Below, piece after piece: positions 43,447 through 56,700 of a stretch of 64,000 bases of DNA (its first letter is position 1; the number at the start of each line of letters is the position of its first letter). Location of the stretch: positions 20,778,125 through 20,842,124 of the forward strand of contig CAVNZM010000001.1 in NCBI GenBank assembly GCA_963693365.1, in the 5' to 3' direction. The notes below the pieces were generated by a model. That model saw only the letters and a list, made by a program, of their open reading frames with translations, had not been told where the DNA came from and ran no database searches. This DNA is from Amoebidium appalachense (Eukaryota > Protista > Ichthyosporea). Both the position numbers and the translations under genes were made by a program.

Positions 43447-43807
43447 TGACAGTGTGTACATGTTTGCCTGTGTGTGTGTATGCATGTGCCAGGGTAGGTG
43501 TGTGCGTGAAGTTGAATGCATGCACGAGTGTGTGAGTAATTGTCTTTCCGAATATTAATCCGGATGTTTAGTCGTCAAAAAAATCGAGTACACCAACAGT
43601 ACACTTTCAGTGTGTGAATGTGTGTGTGTTCTATGCTAAGGTGAGTGTATCTGCATATGTATATATGCACAGCTGCGCACAACAGGTTTATAATTTGTGC
43701 ACCACGTGTGCAGCGTGTCACACATGTGTGTGTAGGTACATGTGAAAAAGAGAGAGAGAGCTCAAGAGAGAGAGCTCAAAAGAGAGAGAGCTCAAGAGAG
43801 AGAGAAA

Positions 43808-43880
<73 letters not shown>

Positions 43881-43895
43881 CGAGATAGAGTCTAG

Positions 43896-44013
<118 letters not shown>

Positions 44014-44101
44014 TGTGTGTGTGTGTGAGTGAGTGGGTGAGTGAGTGTGTATGTGTGTGCAGGCGAATTCGAAGGGGTCCCGAGAGGGGGGACGCGGGCT
44101 A

Positions 44102-44208
44102 CATAGCAGAAGGAGCCGTGGGGGAGGGGGGGGGGGAAGGGGGGGAGATCTGGAGAGAGGGAGAGAGCTCGCGGGGGTGGGGTGGGGTGGGTGGGTGGGT
44201 GGGTGGTA

Positions 44209-44248
<40 letters not shown>

Positions 44249-44368
44249 TGTCCCCTCCCCCTCTCCCCTCCCCCCCCCCCACCCCACCCCCGGCGAGCTC
44301 TCTCTCTCTCTCCAGATCTCCCCCCCCCCCCCCCCCCCCCCCCTCCCCCCACGGCTCCTTCTGCCATG
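44102..44368. repeat. Long imperfect palindrome (foldback), centred on CATG at 44247-44250
   Basis: Left arm CATAGCAGAAGGAGCCGTGGGGG..GAGATCTGGAGAGAG..GAGCTCGC..GGGGTGGGGTGGG is the reverse complement of right arm CCCACCCCACCCC..GCGAGCTC..CTCTCTCCAGATCTC..CCCCCACGGCTCCTTCTGCCATG. Confidence 0.9.
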
Positions 44369-45255
44369 GCCAGGTCGGATACATCTGCTTCGAAATCTCC
44401 TAATACCCTAGCGCTGCAGAAGCAACCTCGATCAGTCACTTTGTTATTGGTGACTTTGAGGGCTTGCCGGAGGACTCGGGGAGAGCCTTCTCCCTGCGGG
44501 GCTACAGCCTGTGGTACTCGGAATGACTGTGTTGTTGTGTCACAACAACCTCCGAGTCGGAGTCTCCCGGGGCCGATCAAAGCCTTCCGAACTGGCAGGG
44601 GCAGCCAGCCTGGAGCAGTGCACAAGGTGCCACAGAGGGACAGCTGATTCTTCATTGGCAGCCACCAAAACGTTTCGTTGACTGGATAACTAATTGTATA
44701 TAACGAATAGAGATATTTGATTCGATCTAGTTGGGATTACGTAACCGATCTATTCACCGGTGGCTTACATAGCTGATTCGTAGCTAATAAAGTGACAGAT
44801 CCTAAACATGGAATGTTGTGCATATCACGAGTGACGGAAGCTACCCAAGTCCGGCCAGTCAGCCAAAATTTAAGTGCAAGCGAAGTGAGGAAGTGGTATG
44901 GAGCATAGAGCCTAAATAGTGAGTGCTGTTCGAGTAAAAACCCTGTGTTGGGTTGTTGTGTGTAGTATTATTGAACGCCAGCTGTACTATAGCGCACCAA
45001 GAGAAGGGGACAGACCAGCAACTTGCACACATTTTGACACGTTGACTATTTGGCTCTGGGGTTAGCTTTTCAGCTTCTTTTTTTGTCTGAGGGGTCTCTT
45101 TATGCACCTACTTCTTGGCCTGTGACTTGTTGCTTCCTCTAAGAACGCGTTTTGCCAGAAGAAGCCTTTAGTGTTCAGATTTTTCTGAGCTGCCGTTGCT
45201 CCTACAGAGGATTATAGCAGTGTCTTCCACTTGGGAGCCTGTTCACACACTCGCC

Positions 45256-45822
45256 ATGTTCAAAAACCTACGTCAGCAGATCGAGACACAGGAGGCCCGC
45301 AGGCTGGGTCTTCTGGAGGGAGAGCCACGGCCAGAGCCAGAAGACAGCGAGAGCGACAGCAGCTCGACGGTGTCGTGCAGCCACACACACAGCCCACAGG
45401 CACAGCGGCGAGACAGCGCACCTGCAGGGTCTGAGGAGGGCAGTGTGCGTGCTGGGTCGCCTACCCTGGTGCTGGACAACGGTCACGAGCCAAAGCCTCT
45501 GAGAAAAACACAGCAGCCACGCCGGAGGGCCTCCTCGGGCATAGACACACGGCCAGGCACCAGACTAAACACGCTGGCAAAAACAAAGAGCGGGCCCAAG
45601 CAGAAGTTGGCGCTGTCGACCGAGGGGTCGGACATACAGAGAGAGCTGCACCTAGCGAGTAAGGCTAAGCACAAGTACGACGCAGACCCCCTGGCCGACG
45701 ACCACGAAAGGCTAGCTAGAGAGGCTCTGGAGTTGGACATGTTGGCGCTAAGCAGGCAGGAGCACGCACAGAACCCTCTGAGCAGATTGGCACAGCGGCT
45801 GACTCTTGTGCAGTTCACGTAG
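45256..45822 (+). CDS. Intronless hypothetical protein, 188 aa
   Basis: GCCATG start and a complex, non-repetitive ORF (MFKNLRQQIETQEARR...RLAQRLTLVQFT*) in an otherwise low-complexity genome. AATAAA at 45961. Confidence 0.7.
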   Translation: MFKNLRQQIETQEARRLGLLEGEPRPEPEDSESDSSSTVSCSHTHSPQAQRRDSAPAGSEEGSVRAGSPTLVLDNGHEPKPLRKTQQPRRRASSGIDTRPGTRLNTLAKTKSGPKQKLALSTEGSDIQRELHLASKAKHKYDADPLADDHERLAREALELDMLALSRQEHAQNPLSRLAQRLTLVQFT

Positions 45823-46315
45823 CTGGGTGCAGGGCCCAACGAATGTAGCAGGTTACTATGTAGTTGAGTTAGCGCACGCGTGCACACTAGGATTAGTGTG
45901 AGACCCCGTCCAGTGTACATATTAGCGGGGATGTATTGAAGGACAGCTGGCCTGTCATAGAATAAAGACCCAACGCAGCAGCAACAGGAAAGTGGAATGG
46001 AGTGTGTGCCAGGTGTGTGACGGGTGCTTGGGTGCGGTCCAGGGCTGCCCGTGTGCCTGCAGCTGTACACGTATGTGTCTGTGTGGTTGCAGACTGGCAG
46101 CTGCATGGGTAAGCGCCGCAGCACCACCAAGGCTCACAGTCCAGAACCGAACGCCGGAAGTTGGGGCATATGGGGCCTCATAGTTCCAACGTAGTTCGGA
46201 TACGCTGCACACACTTCAGCCGTAGCAGTAGCCGCACGCCCGCTGCGCATATATTTTGCTGCCGAGGTATCTTGGGGGCAGTGTGTTGTGCACTGGCGCA
46301 AGGGTGCACAGGGGC

Positions 46316-47739
46316 ATGGGCTGGTGGCGGGGCCTTGCGGGGCTGGGCGAGGGGCTGCGGCAGGGCGGGCTGGTGCTGCAGGTGTGCGCGTGCTTCACCG
46401 TGCTGCAGGACTACGTGTTGGCCGTGTCCATGGTGCGTGGCGCAGGCACACAGGCACACAGGCACAGACACACATAGGCACACAGGCACACAGACACAGG
46501 CACAGACACACAGGCATACAGGCACACAGGCACACGACCAAACAGCCACACATCTACACAGGCGTACAGCACAGCCACACACCACACACACAGGCACACA
46601 GCCACAGCCGCACACAGGCACAGGCACCCACACACAAATACGTGTATATACGTCTGCCTATGCCCACAGGCACATACAAACACACAGACACCCCCCCCCC
46701 CCCCCCCCCCCCACAGAAGCACCGTCATTCACATGTTTCATATTATGTGGTAGTAAACCTCTTCCCCCAGCTCAGTCTTGTAGCCTTTTCCCTTTATCTC
46801 CCCCCCCCCCCCCCCCCCCCCCCCCTTCCCCTTAGCTTTTCTGTCGTTCTCTGTTTTTCTGCGCGCAGGGCACATGGGTGTCTGAGTCATATGTTCACGT
46901 TCATGCAGTGCATGCATGTACACGTGCATGGACACACACATACACACACATACACACACACACACCACACACACACGCACATACAGGTATAGACACACAC
47001 ATGGGTGGACATGGACACGCACATGCCCTCCTACTGTCTCCTAGTTCTGGGTTTCTGGTTGGCACTTGGTTGTGCCTGATTGGTAGTGCACTTCCCCTCC
47101 TCCCCCCCCCCCTCCTCCCCCTCCCCTACCCCCCCTGCCCCCCGTGCCCGCCCCAGAAAAGAAAGTGAAAGGCAGTGATGTCAACACCGAGCTTGTTCTG
47201 ACATGATCATTTTGTCCTGCCAGCGGTATCATAATGTTGATTGGACGTATTCACCCGCCATACTACAAAGGATTTCTTTGCCTAAGCTCTTCTCCCTTTC
47301 ACCCTAGTCTACACCTCTGATATCCCCCCCCCCTCCCCCCCCCCCCCCCCCCCCCACACACCCCCCCCCCCCTATCCCTGTCTCCCTCTGGCCCCTCCTC
47401 GTGTTTGCACCCTAACCTCCTTCCCCCCCCTTCCCATTAGTGTCAGGGCCCGTCCATGCAGCCCACCTTTAATGAGGCCGGAGACATAGTTGCTGTGGAG
47501 CACGTGAGCCGCCTGACCGGCCGGCTGCAGAGGGGGGATGTGGTCATTATTCGCTCCCCACAGGACCCGGCCACAACAGTCTGCAAGCGCATAGTAGCCC
47601 TGGTACTTATAACCCCCCTCCCTCCCCCCCCCCCAAAAAAATAAAAAATAAAAATAAAACAAAAATAAAACACATAGAATAAAAAATAAAAGTGGTTGTG
47701 TGGAGGTACGGGTTGGGCAAGGGCCATGGTTTCACTTAT

Positions 47740-47772
<33 letters not shown>

Positions 47773-48296
47773 TGGTGGTGGTGGTGGTGGTGGTGGTGGT
47801 TTGTGGGGAGGGAGAGGGGAGGGGGGGGGGGGGGGGGGGGGGGAGGAGGTGGGAGGATTGGGGTTGGCACACAGTCGTTTGTATGGCTGCCATACCGAAT
47901 GCCAGGATGTGGTAGTGGTAATAGCACATGCCGGTATTAACTAGGTGTGCCTAATGCCCATGGTAGCGGTGAAATGTAAGGGCCACACGTCATAGTGACA
48001 GCTAATGATGCTAATATGCTATATCAGTGGGTTCTGGGGATAGCATATGGTGGGAGTTACACAGATGGAATGGGGGGCAAGCACAACGGGACACGTGGAG
48101 TCTCCAATGAGGGAGAAGATTTTTCAGTACGTGGCAAGGGTGACACCCATTCTTTATCATCTCTTTGGTCAGTGTTAGGATGTTATGTATATGGATGCTG
48201 GGATACCAACTATGGGGCCCAGGAAAAGGACTTTGTGCGCCTGGACCCCACGTGCACCCTGTACGAAGATGAAGAGTATCTCAAGGTCTGCACCTT

Positions 48297-48331
<35 letters not shown>

Positions 48332-48447
48332 CTTCCCACACACACACACAAACCACCCACATCCACACACACGGCCACCACCACCCCTCCTCCCTTCCCT
48401 TTTGTACCTAATGTATCTGTGTGCTTACTGTGGTCTCCTTTTGGCCT

Positions 48448-48486
<39 letters not shown>

Positions 48487-49211
48487 ATCCTCCCCTCCCC
48501 CTTCCCCCCGGCGCCCTCCATGCATTCACCCCCCTTCTCACCTTTTACTCGCTTCTCCCTTATGATAGTGCTTGAAGTTGGAACATGGGTATAGGCTACT
48601 AGGATATGTCGAGGTTGGTTGGTTGTGATTTAAGGGAGAGGAGGAAGGGCCGGGGGAGGGGGGGGGGGGGGGGAGTGGGGGGGAGGGGGTGGGGGGGAGA
48701 AGGGGAGAGGGGGAGGGGGGGGGGGGGGCGGGAACGGAAGATGTTTCATAAAAAGTGTGGAAGGGGCATAGGGCATGTTGAACGAGTGGCTAAGGGGAAA
48801 AAAGGTCAACAGACATGGGGTTAGGCATGAGCCGTGCGGATGCGGAGGCCAAGCAGAATGCACGGTGTAGGGGAAGCATGGTTGGGGGCGAGGCAGGGAC
48901 GAAAAGAGCAAGGGCTTTGCATAGGGCATGTCGGCATGTCCAGTGTGCCTGAGCATTTAACCCTTTCCCTTTCCCAATGGGCCTCTCACCAGTGGCGGCA
49001 CAACGTGGGCTTGTGGACTGGCAAGTGTGCAGCAAACATACATATGCATTCTCGGACAAACACAAACATTTACCCTACTACCCCCTCCCCCCCCCCTCCC
49101 CCCCCCCCCCCCCCCCCCTACACACACACCCACACCCACCCACCCACCCGTTTACTTCCTCGATCCCCCCCCTCTCCCCCCCCCCCCCCCCCATTTACAC
49201 ATCCACGCACA

Positions 49212-49243
<32 letters not shown>

Positions 49244-49266
49244 TCAGGGCCTACACGCACTTATCC

Positions 49267-49304
<38 letters not shown>

Positions 49305-49931
49305 CACACACACACCCCACCACCACCAACACCACCATCCCCCCTCCCCCCCCTCCCCCTTCCCCCCCACAAACAGCGCGGCCACCATCACCACCCACCC
49401 ACACCCACCCACCCACCCACCCACCCACCCGCACACACACACACACCCACAGGTGCCCAAGGGCCACGTGTGGGTGGAGGGAGACAATCGGGCCAACTCC
49501 ACCGACAGCCGCAACTACGGTCCTGTTCCCATGGCCCTGATCTGTGGCCGTGCCTTTGTCAAGGTTGGATCCCCCCCCCCCCCCCCCCCCCCCCCCCTCC
49601 CCCCCCCCCCCCCGCCCCGCCCCTTTCCCGTCTGCTTTTAAATTTTCCTACCACCACCATCAATTATTATTACTTCAAAAAGGGATTAAAGTGAAAGCTA
49701 TGCAGAAAAAGGGACGGGGGCATGGGATGGTCAAGCATCGTCACACAGGCATTTGTTGGGCGCACACATGCGCACACACGTCACACACGCACACACCTGC
49801 GCATGCACATGGAAGTGATATGGCCGCGCGCACACACAAACGAACACAGAATCTCACACATGTTGCATACACAACACCACGTACACAAGCAGGTGGCACG
49901 AACACACACACACACACGTGTACAGACACGC

Positions 49932-49996
<65 letters not shown>

Positions 49997-50275
49997 GCCC
50001 GCGTGCACACACACAAAAACATATACAAAGGCAAACACCCACACACATTCATATGCACGGGCACTTGCACACACACACAGACGCAAGCAATCACACGTAC
50101 ACACACAGCCGAAGAGCACGTCTGCCTCACACCCGTACCACATCTTTGTCTTTGCCACAGCACCCATGTCCCATTATCCCCCCCCCCCCCCTACAAACAC
50201 ACACCCTCCCATGCCCAGGTTTGGCCGCCAAGCTCTGCCGGGTGGATTCGGAGAGAGCTGCGCAACTCCAGATGA
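46316..50275 (+). CDS. IMMP1L: Mitochondrial inner membrane protease subunit (S26 family, Imp1-like)
   Basis: Exons 46316-46432, 47441-47602, 48223-48285, 49453-49563, 50219-50275, all phase 0 and GT-AG. Motifs GPSMQPTF (catalytic Ser), [13 protein letters not shown] (catalytic Lys), [23 protein letters not shown] and VWP. The Imp1 over Imp2 assignment rests on CKR/STDSRxYGP similarity. Confidence 0.88.
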
Positions 50276-51034
50276 GCCCCGTGCAGCCAATCAAAACACA
50301 CGGTGACCATGGATGACGTGATATGGCCTGCACAGTTGCTTGCTCTGTTGCCGCTGCCTGTTCTAGTCCGTGCTGGACCCCCCAGTGCCGTAACGTAATT
50401 GCAGTGCAGGGTATATGTATGTGTGCCCAAGAGCCCTGGTAATGGGGCTATTCCCATGGTGTGTGGCTGGACCCGTGCAAACCGTCCCAAATGTGGTGCA
50501 TGGCCATGGCATAATTATTGGTTGGCTGCATGGGTAGTAAGTTGGCTGGCACGTGGTTTAGTCCGGTGGCGTGCAGGGGCATGGAGTGTGTATGCACAGA
50601 TGTAAAAAATTTACACACTTGTGTCAGTGCTCATAGACTAATGCAAAGACATGCACGTGGTGCACACATATGTGCAGGGATTGCAGGGCCGTAAAATGTG
50701 TGGTCATAATGGATGTGAAGTCAGCTGGTCCGACCAATAGGACACATTCCCACGAATAATGCGAGTATGTGTGCATTACACACGGCAAATTCATGTCTGT
50801 CATGTATAGACACCAAAAGCCATCAGAAGCATGTGGCTGTGGTTTGTATTCTGGATGCATGTACACGTGTGGGTCACGTGTGTAAACTTGGAGGCTATGG
50901 ATTCATGTGATGAACTCGAGATACATGGGTGCGCATGTGTGTGTGTGTGTGTGATTATGAACACGGGGGGCATGGTTGCATATGTGGCTTGGGTGTGTGT
51001 AAACGTGGAGACATGCCTATGACGGTGTGTGCGC

Positions 51035-51312
51035 AAACGTGGAGGCACGTGTGCGTGTGGGTGTAAGTGTGGAGGCATGTGTGTGGGTGTAAGCGTGGAG
51101 GCATGTGTGTGTGTGTAAGCGTGGAGGCATGTGTGTGTGTGTAAGTGGAGGCATGGGTGTACACGTGCGTGCAAGCGTGGAGGCATGGGTGTGTGTGTAA
51201 GCGTGGAGGCATGTGTGTGTGTGTAAGCGTGGAGGCATGTGTGTGTGTGTAAGTGTGGAGGCGTGTGTGTGTAAGCGTGGAGGCATGTGTGTGTGTAGGC
51301 GTGGAGGCATGT
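51035..51312. repeat. Minisatellite (GTGTAAGCGTGGAGGCATGT units)
   Basis: About 10 units between the IMMP1L and HCCS 3' ends. Confidence 0.85.
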
Positions 51313-51673
51313 ATGTGTGCGATGCGCAGCTGCAGTGATGTAGTGTGTGGCGGCAAATGGTCTGCAAACAACACCAACCAGGCCTATTGTAGGTGGTACG
51401 TGTGTCGATAAACCGCGGTGCTGGAAAACTCCATGGGTGTTAGGATGCACTAGATGTCTTCATATATTGGCAGGATCTTAGCATTACGGGCCCCAGGCCT
51501 GCAACTATGGGCATATGCGTACAGTAGTTAAATACGATTACGTGTGATCGGTCTGCCTTCATCCATTCAGCTCATTCACACCACAGCCTCATCATAGGGA
51601 TGTGCTCCCTAGCCCTTCATTGTCCCCCCCCCCCCCCCCTCCCCACCACTGGTTTCCATATAAGGCACCTGCC

Positions 51674-53209
51674 TTATTTGGCCTCCTCTGAGGCCACGGG
51701 CACGTGCACGGTATTCCTCTCCTGGCTGCGTGTCTTCAGGTACATGCGCACACGGTCAATGGCGCCACCAAGGGTCAGTGCCGGGCGCACATCAATGTAG
51801 ATGTTGGGCATGCCGTGCTCTGTGTCCTCAGCATAGTAGTCGATGATGTAGCGCTGCTTGCTGCCGCACCGGTCCACCACCCAGTCGTGCCGGTCAAACG
51901 GCGTTGGGGCAAGCCTGTGGCCCCATGCACGTAAGCACACAGCCCACTGGAGGCACCAGTCACCACAGCCTGATCAAGCACTAAACACTGCCAACATCCA
52001 AGCCCCCCCCCCCCCCCCCCTCTTCCCCTCCACCACTTTAAGCGCAGAGTCCCATGGGGTGGCCTGGAGCAGGATTACAGGCCCAAGGGGATGTCAGCAA
52101 GGACCATGTGCAGTGTGGCATGCTGGTGGCTGCATGCAGGGGGCATGGGTTTGCATGCACATCGTGCCCGTGTGTGCTGTGTGGTGACTGAATGCACATG
52201 GAATCTCCATTCTTATATCGTTCAGCCGTGCTGGCCAAGGGAGGGGGGGGGGGGGGGGGGGGGATGCACATAGCCTCGTTCTCATTTTGGTTTCGAAAGG
52301 AATGCAATGCGTGTGTGCACATGCACACGTGTGTGTCCGGGGGAAAGGGAGGGGGGAGGATGCAAGACATCTGGGGGCCCACCTTAGGAAGCTCAGGATG
52401 CGTGCCTTTGGGCTTGGCTCGGTGGCCCTGCCCCTGAAGCTCTCCAGCTTGGGCTCACCACACTCACTGCAGAGGCACACGTCAGCACCCAGTACGCACC
52501 ATGCTCCCCCCCCCCCCCCCCCCCCCTCCCCCCGCCCCACACAATCAGAAATGCTAAAACAAACACCAAATAGCAACCCCGACCCAGTGGTGCCAACATC
52601 TGATCACCCAAGCAAACCGCCTCCCCCCTCCCCACAAGTGCATGAGCCAGAAAGACCCCCCCCCCCCATCCATGAGTCAAAAACGAACCTTCCTCCCACC
52701 CAAATTCCAGAGTAGGAGGCAGCCCCCCCCCCCCCCCCCCCCCCCGCCCAAAAAAAAGAGAAAAAGCGCACATATCCATAATCAGAAACTTGGCCCCCCC
52801 CCCCCCCCCCCCCCCCACCCCCCAAACACCACCTCCCCCTCCTTGAACACACATCTATGAGTCAGAAACATGGCTCTCCCCCCTCCACAAACAAAAAGCC
52901 TTCATGAGTCTGAAGCGTAACATCCCCCCCCCCCCCACACACAGAAACACCACAAAGCCAAACCTCCTCCCCCCCCCCCACACACACACAGAAACACCAC
53001 AAAGCCAAACCCTCCTCCCCCCCCCCCGGGTTCACCACACATAGAAACGAGACCAAGCCAACCCCCCTTCTCCCTCACTGCACCCCCACAGAAACCTCGG
53101 ACGTACTTTGTGTGCAATTCCTCGTAGGCCATGATCTCCTTCCAGGCCTGCTCGTTGAGGGTGTTGTGGATGTACACCGCCCATGGCACGGCCTCCTCCG
53201 TCACCTCTT

Positions 53210-53265
<56 letters not shown>

Positions 53266-53501
53266 TGTGTGTATCAGGCATGTGTCTTATGTATAGGAGT
53301 ATGAGGGTGCAAGTGTGAGTGTGAGTGTGAGTGTGAGTTTGTGTGTGTGTGTGTGGGGGGGGGGGAGGGGGAGGGGGGGGGGGGGGGAGGACAGCCTGAG
53401 TGTGTGTTGTGCTGCACGCTCTTGTGTGTGTACGTGTACGTGTGTGTGTGTGTGTTTGTGGGGGGGGGGGGGGGGGGGGAGAGAGAGAGAGAAGAGGTTC
53501 T

Positions 53502-53562
<61 letters not shown>

Positions 53563-53732
53563 GGTATGTGTGTCTTGTGTATGGAGTGTGAGTGTGAGTG
53601 TCAATGTGTGTGTGTGTGGGGGGGTGGGGGGTGGGGGGTGGGGGGAAAGAGAGAGAGAGAAGAAGGTCCTTCGTGTGTGTGTGTGTGTGTGTGTTGGTAT
53701 GTGTGTCTTGTGTATGGAGTGTGAGTGTGAAT

Positions 53733-53787
<55 letters not shown>

Positions 53788-54028
53788 GGGGGGGGAATTC
53801 TGTGTGTGTGTGTGTGTGTGTGTTGTGTGGCGTGCACATGCATGTGTTTGGGATTTTTCAGCATTTGGGTGTGTGTGAAAATGTGCGCAGGCGAGTATGT
53901 GTGTGTGTGTGTGTGTGTGTTGTGTGTGTGTGTGAGCACACTTGTGAGTGTGTGTGTTTGAGCTATGAGTGCGATGTGTGTGACTGTGCTTGTGTGTGTG
54001 TGTGCGCCCGCAAGCGTGCGCTGGGGAC

Positions 54029-54079
<51 letters not shown>

Positions 54080-55804
54080 GGAGGGGGGCAATGCCAGGGT
54101 GTAATGTGTGGCGGGGGTCGATGGTTGCATACGTGTGTGTGGTGGAAAGGAAAGGTGGACGGATGGGGGTAGCCAGTACGTTTCAATAGACAGCGCAAAC
54201 ACAGGTATAGGTTTGCAGGCTAATAAACACGGGGGGAAGGGAAACACGTGACCAACAAAACACGATTGGAATGCAACAGCTACCCAGTCTATCTGTGCCC
54301 CGGGGGGGAGGGGGGGCGGGGGGGGCACTCAAACAGCGCTTACAGGCAGGAAAAGAGTGGCAAGAACAAAGGCATAGGCTGGGCTGGGTGGTGGTCATGG
54401 TGCGTTTGTGTGTGTATGTCCGGGGGGGGGGGGGGGGGGGTGATGAGGGGGTGGGGGAGAGGAGGTAGGGTAGAGCGGCAGGGAGGGAGGGAGGGGGGGG
54501 GGGGGGGGAGGTAGAGGGGGATGAACAGGTGACTGGGGTGTGTGAGTGTATATGTGCATTCAATGGTTATACACTCAGGTGCCTCTGTGCACCCCCCCCC
54601 TCCCCCCCCCCTCCCCCTCACGTGCACAGAAACACTCACAGCCTCTTCCGGGTTGAAGCCCCACTTAGGGTCCTGCTCCTTGCGCTTGACGGCATTGTAC
54701 CACCTCTGGGGGGACGGGTACACCCAATACTCCCCCTCCGAACCAGCCTGTGACCCCACCAACCACATTTAATTCAACTCCCGGTCACTCCCCCAACCCA
54801 TCATCCCGTCTGCCTTGCATGCGCCCCCAACCGCATAGACTACTTGTGCATTGCAACCCAGCTGCACCCGCTATCGCCCTCAGCCCCCCCCCCCCCCTTC
54901 AACCCTCTCACCCCGCGCCGCCAAAGGGCATCTGCGGGCCTACACCAGAACCTAATGCACGAGTTTGCCATCCCATTCCTTTATGCATAGCAACGCCCGT
55001 GCATGCCAACCCCTTCCTTCCCCCCCCCCCCCCCCCCCCCCCCTTCCCCTCCCTCCTCCTCCCCACTTCCGCGGGTGCAGTCTGGCATGTGGCGTGTGCC
55101 AGTGATGTTGCTCCTGTGTTCTCCCTCTGTTTTCACCCTGATAGCAGCCTTGCAAGCCCACACACTCAACCACCCTGATGCCCATGGCCACAACAGGCCT
55201 TCTCCGCATGGCCCCAAGCCACAGATCTTGGACCCCACCTCCACACTACTTGATGATACACTTTCAACTATGTGCTTCCGTTCTCACTGGCTGTCCCAAC
55301 CACCTTACACCCCAAGCTCACACTCACACTCCTTAACTCTCGAGTCAACCCTTCGTTCCCTTGCCCAGCACACCACCACTATAGGAGCCTGCCGTCCCGC
55401 TGCCCTCCAACCTTTCCCGCTTCCAAGCTACCACCAGGCACTCGTCCCCCCCTCCCCAACCAGTATTCCCTTCCCCCCACCTTTGGTATGCTGCTGACGA
55501 CAGTCTCGTTTGGCAAGCTTGGTGTTGCTGGGTTAGGGGCCACATCCACCACGGCCACGCCGGCCTTTGTGCCCTTGACTGGTGCCACCGGGCACGCACT
55601 CTCCCCCGTGCTGGGGTTGACGACCTCCGCTGGTTTGGGTGTGTTTTCTGTCAGTGCGGCCCTTATCTCGGCCTCTGTAGGCTGCTTGTTTCCCCACTCA
55701 GCCCGTTTCTCCTCGGGAATGGGGCAGCCAGAGAGCTTTGTGCGCTTCTCCGCGGGTATAGGGCAGCTGGAGGCCTCAGCCTGGCACGACACAACACCAC
55801 CCAT
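51674..55804 (-). CDS. HCCS: Holocytochrome c synthase (cytochrome c/c1 heme lyase)
   Basis: Exons 55804-55481, 54747-54640, 53210-53107, 52466-52383, 51914-51674, phase-consistent. Three N-terminal CP(I/V) heme-regulatory motifs, plus [60 protein letters not shown] and IDVRPA. A 5'-UTR intron near 56085-55830 is probable. Confidence 0.95.
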
Positions 55805-56259
55805 GTTTGCTGTGTCTGTCGAAGGAAGCCTGTGTGAGTGTGGCAGGCACAGTGCGTGCAGGGTGGGAGAAGGGGCTCACGTATGTGTCGTACAGCTGGG
55901 GAGAGGCTCATAGAGTGACTGGGACTGAAAGCTAATTCAGGCCCAGATTCAACATAACAATAGAACGTTTAACAGGACTCTTGTGAGTTGAGCAAGCATG
56001 GCCAGAAAACAGCTAGAAGCAGGCTGGACAGTCAGCAACGCAAAAGCAGCAAGCACAAGGGATAAGCCGGGGCTGTAGGCTCACCTGTCCACCCTTCCGT
56101 CTCCCTCTCCCTCTCTCTAGCCGCTTGCAAGTGCACCCGTGAACTCGAGTTGCCCAGCCACACCACAGTCAGTGTGACCGTTGAAGACCTCGTGTCGTGT
56201 CCGCAAGAAAGAGCTGCCGCCAGGGCGTGGCACACTTGCCTTATATAGCTGTTGCTTCG

Positions 56260-56700
56260 CATAGGCGATTGGACAAATCATTAGTCTATTGTGCGTCGAC
56301 CTTGCAAAGGAATGCTGTTGACGTCACGGGCTCTCGTGGCTCACCCGGCGGCAAGTCTCCGTCTCAAGCCGGTCCGGGTATCTCTTCCTCCTGCCCTCCT
56401 TCTGCCCGGAACAGGAAAAAAAAATGCACATGTACTGTTGTATGCCTATATTTTCTCAATTATAAGGGAAAGGAAACCCTGAAGTAAAGAAAAACATAGA
56501 TACTGATATAGCTGTGAAGAAAAGTCCTGTCATATTATCTTGTAGCCAATCACATTGCCTGCAAGTGTCCAAAAGCAAAAAGCAACCAAAATAGCCATAT
56601 ATGGCTAATGTTATCAATAGCATTGCGCTTTATATGGAAAACCGGCTGACGATTGGCTGTGCAAATCGGCTCATGGCTAGCTCGAGGTCCGCAAAAACGA
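56260..56700. promoter_or_regulatory. Probable shared upstream region of divergent HCCS and Pib2-like genes with CCAAT boxes
   Basis: ATTGG/CCAAT at about 56268, 56546 and 56652 in non-repetitive sequence between the divergent genes. Confidence 0.4.
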
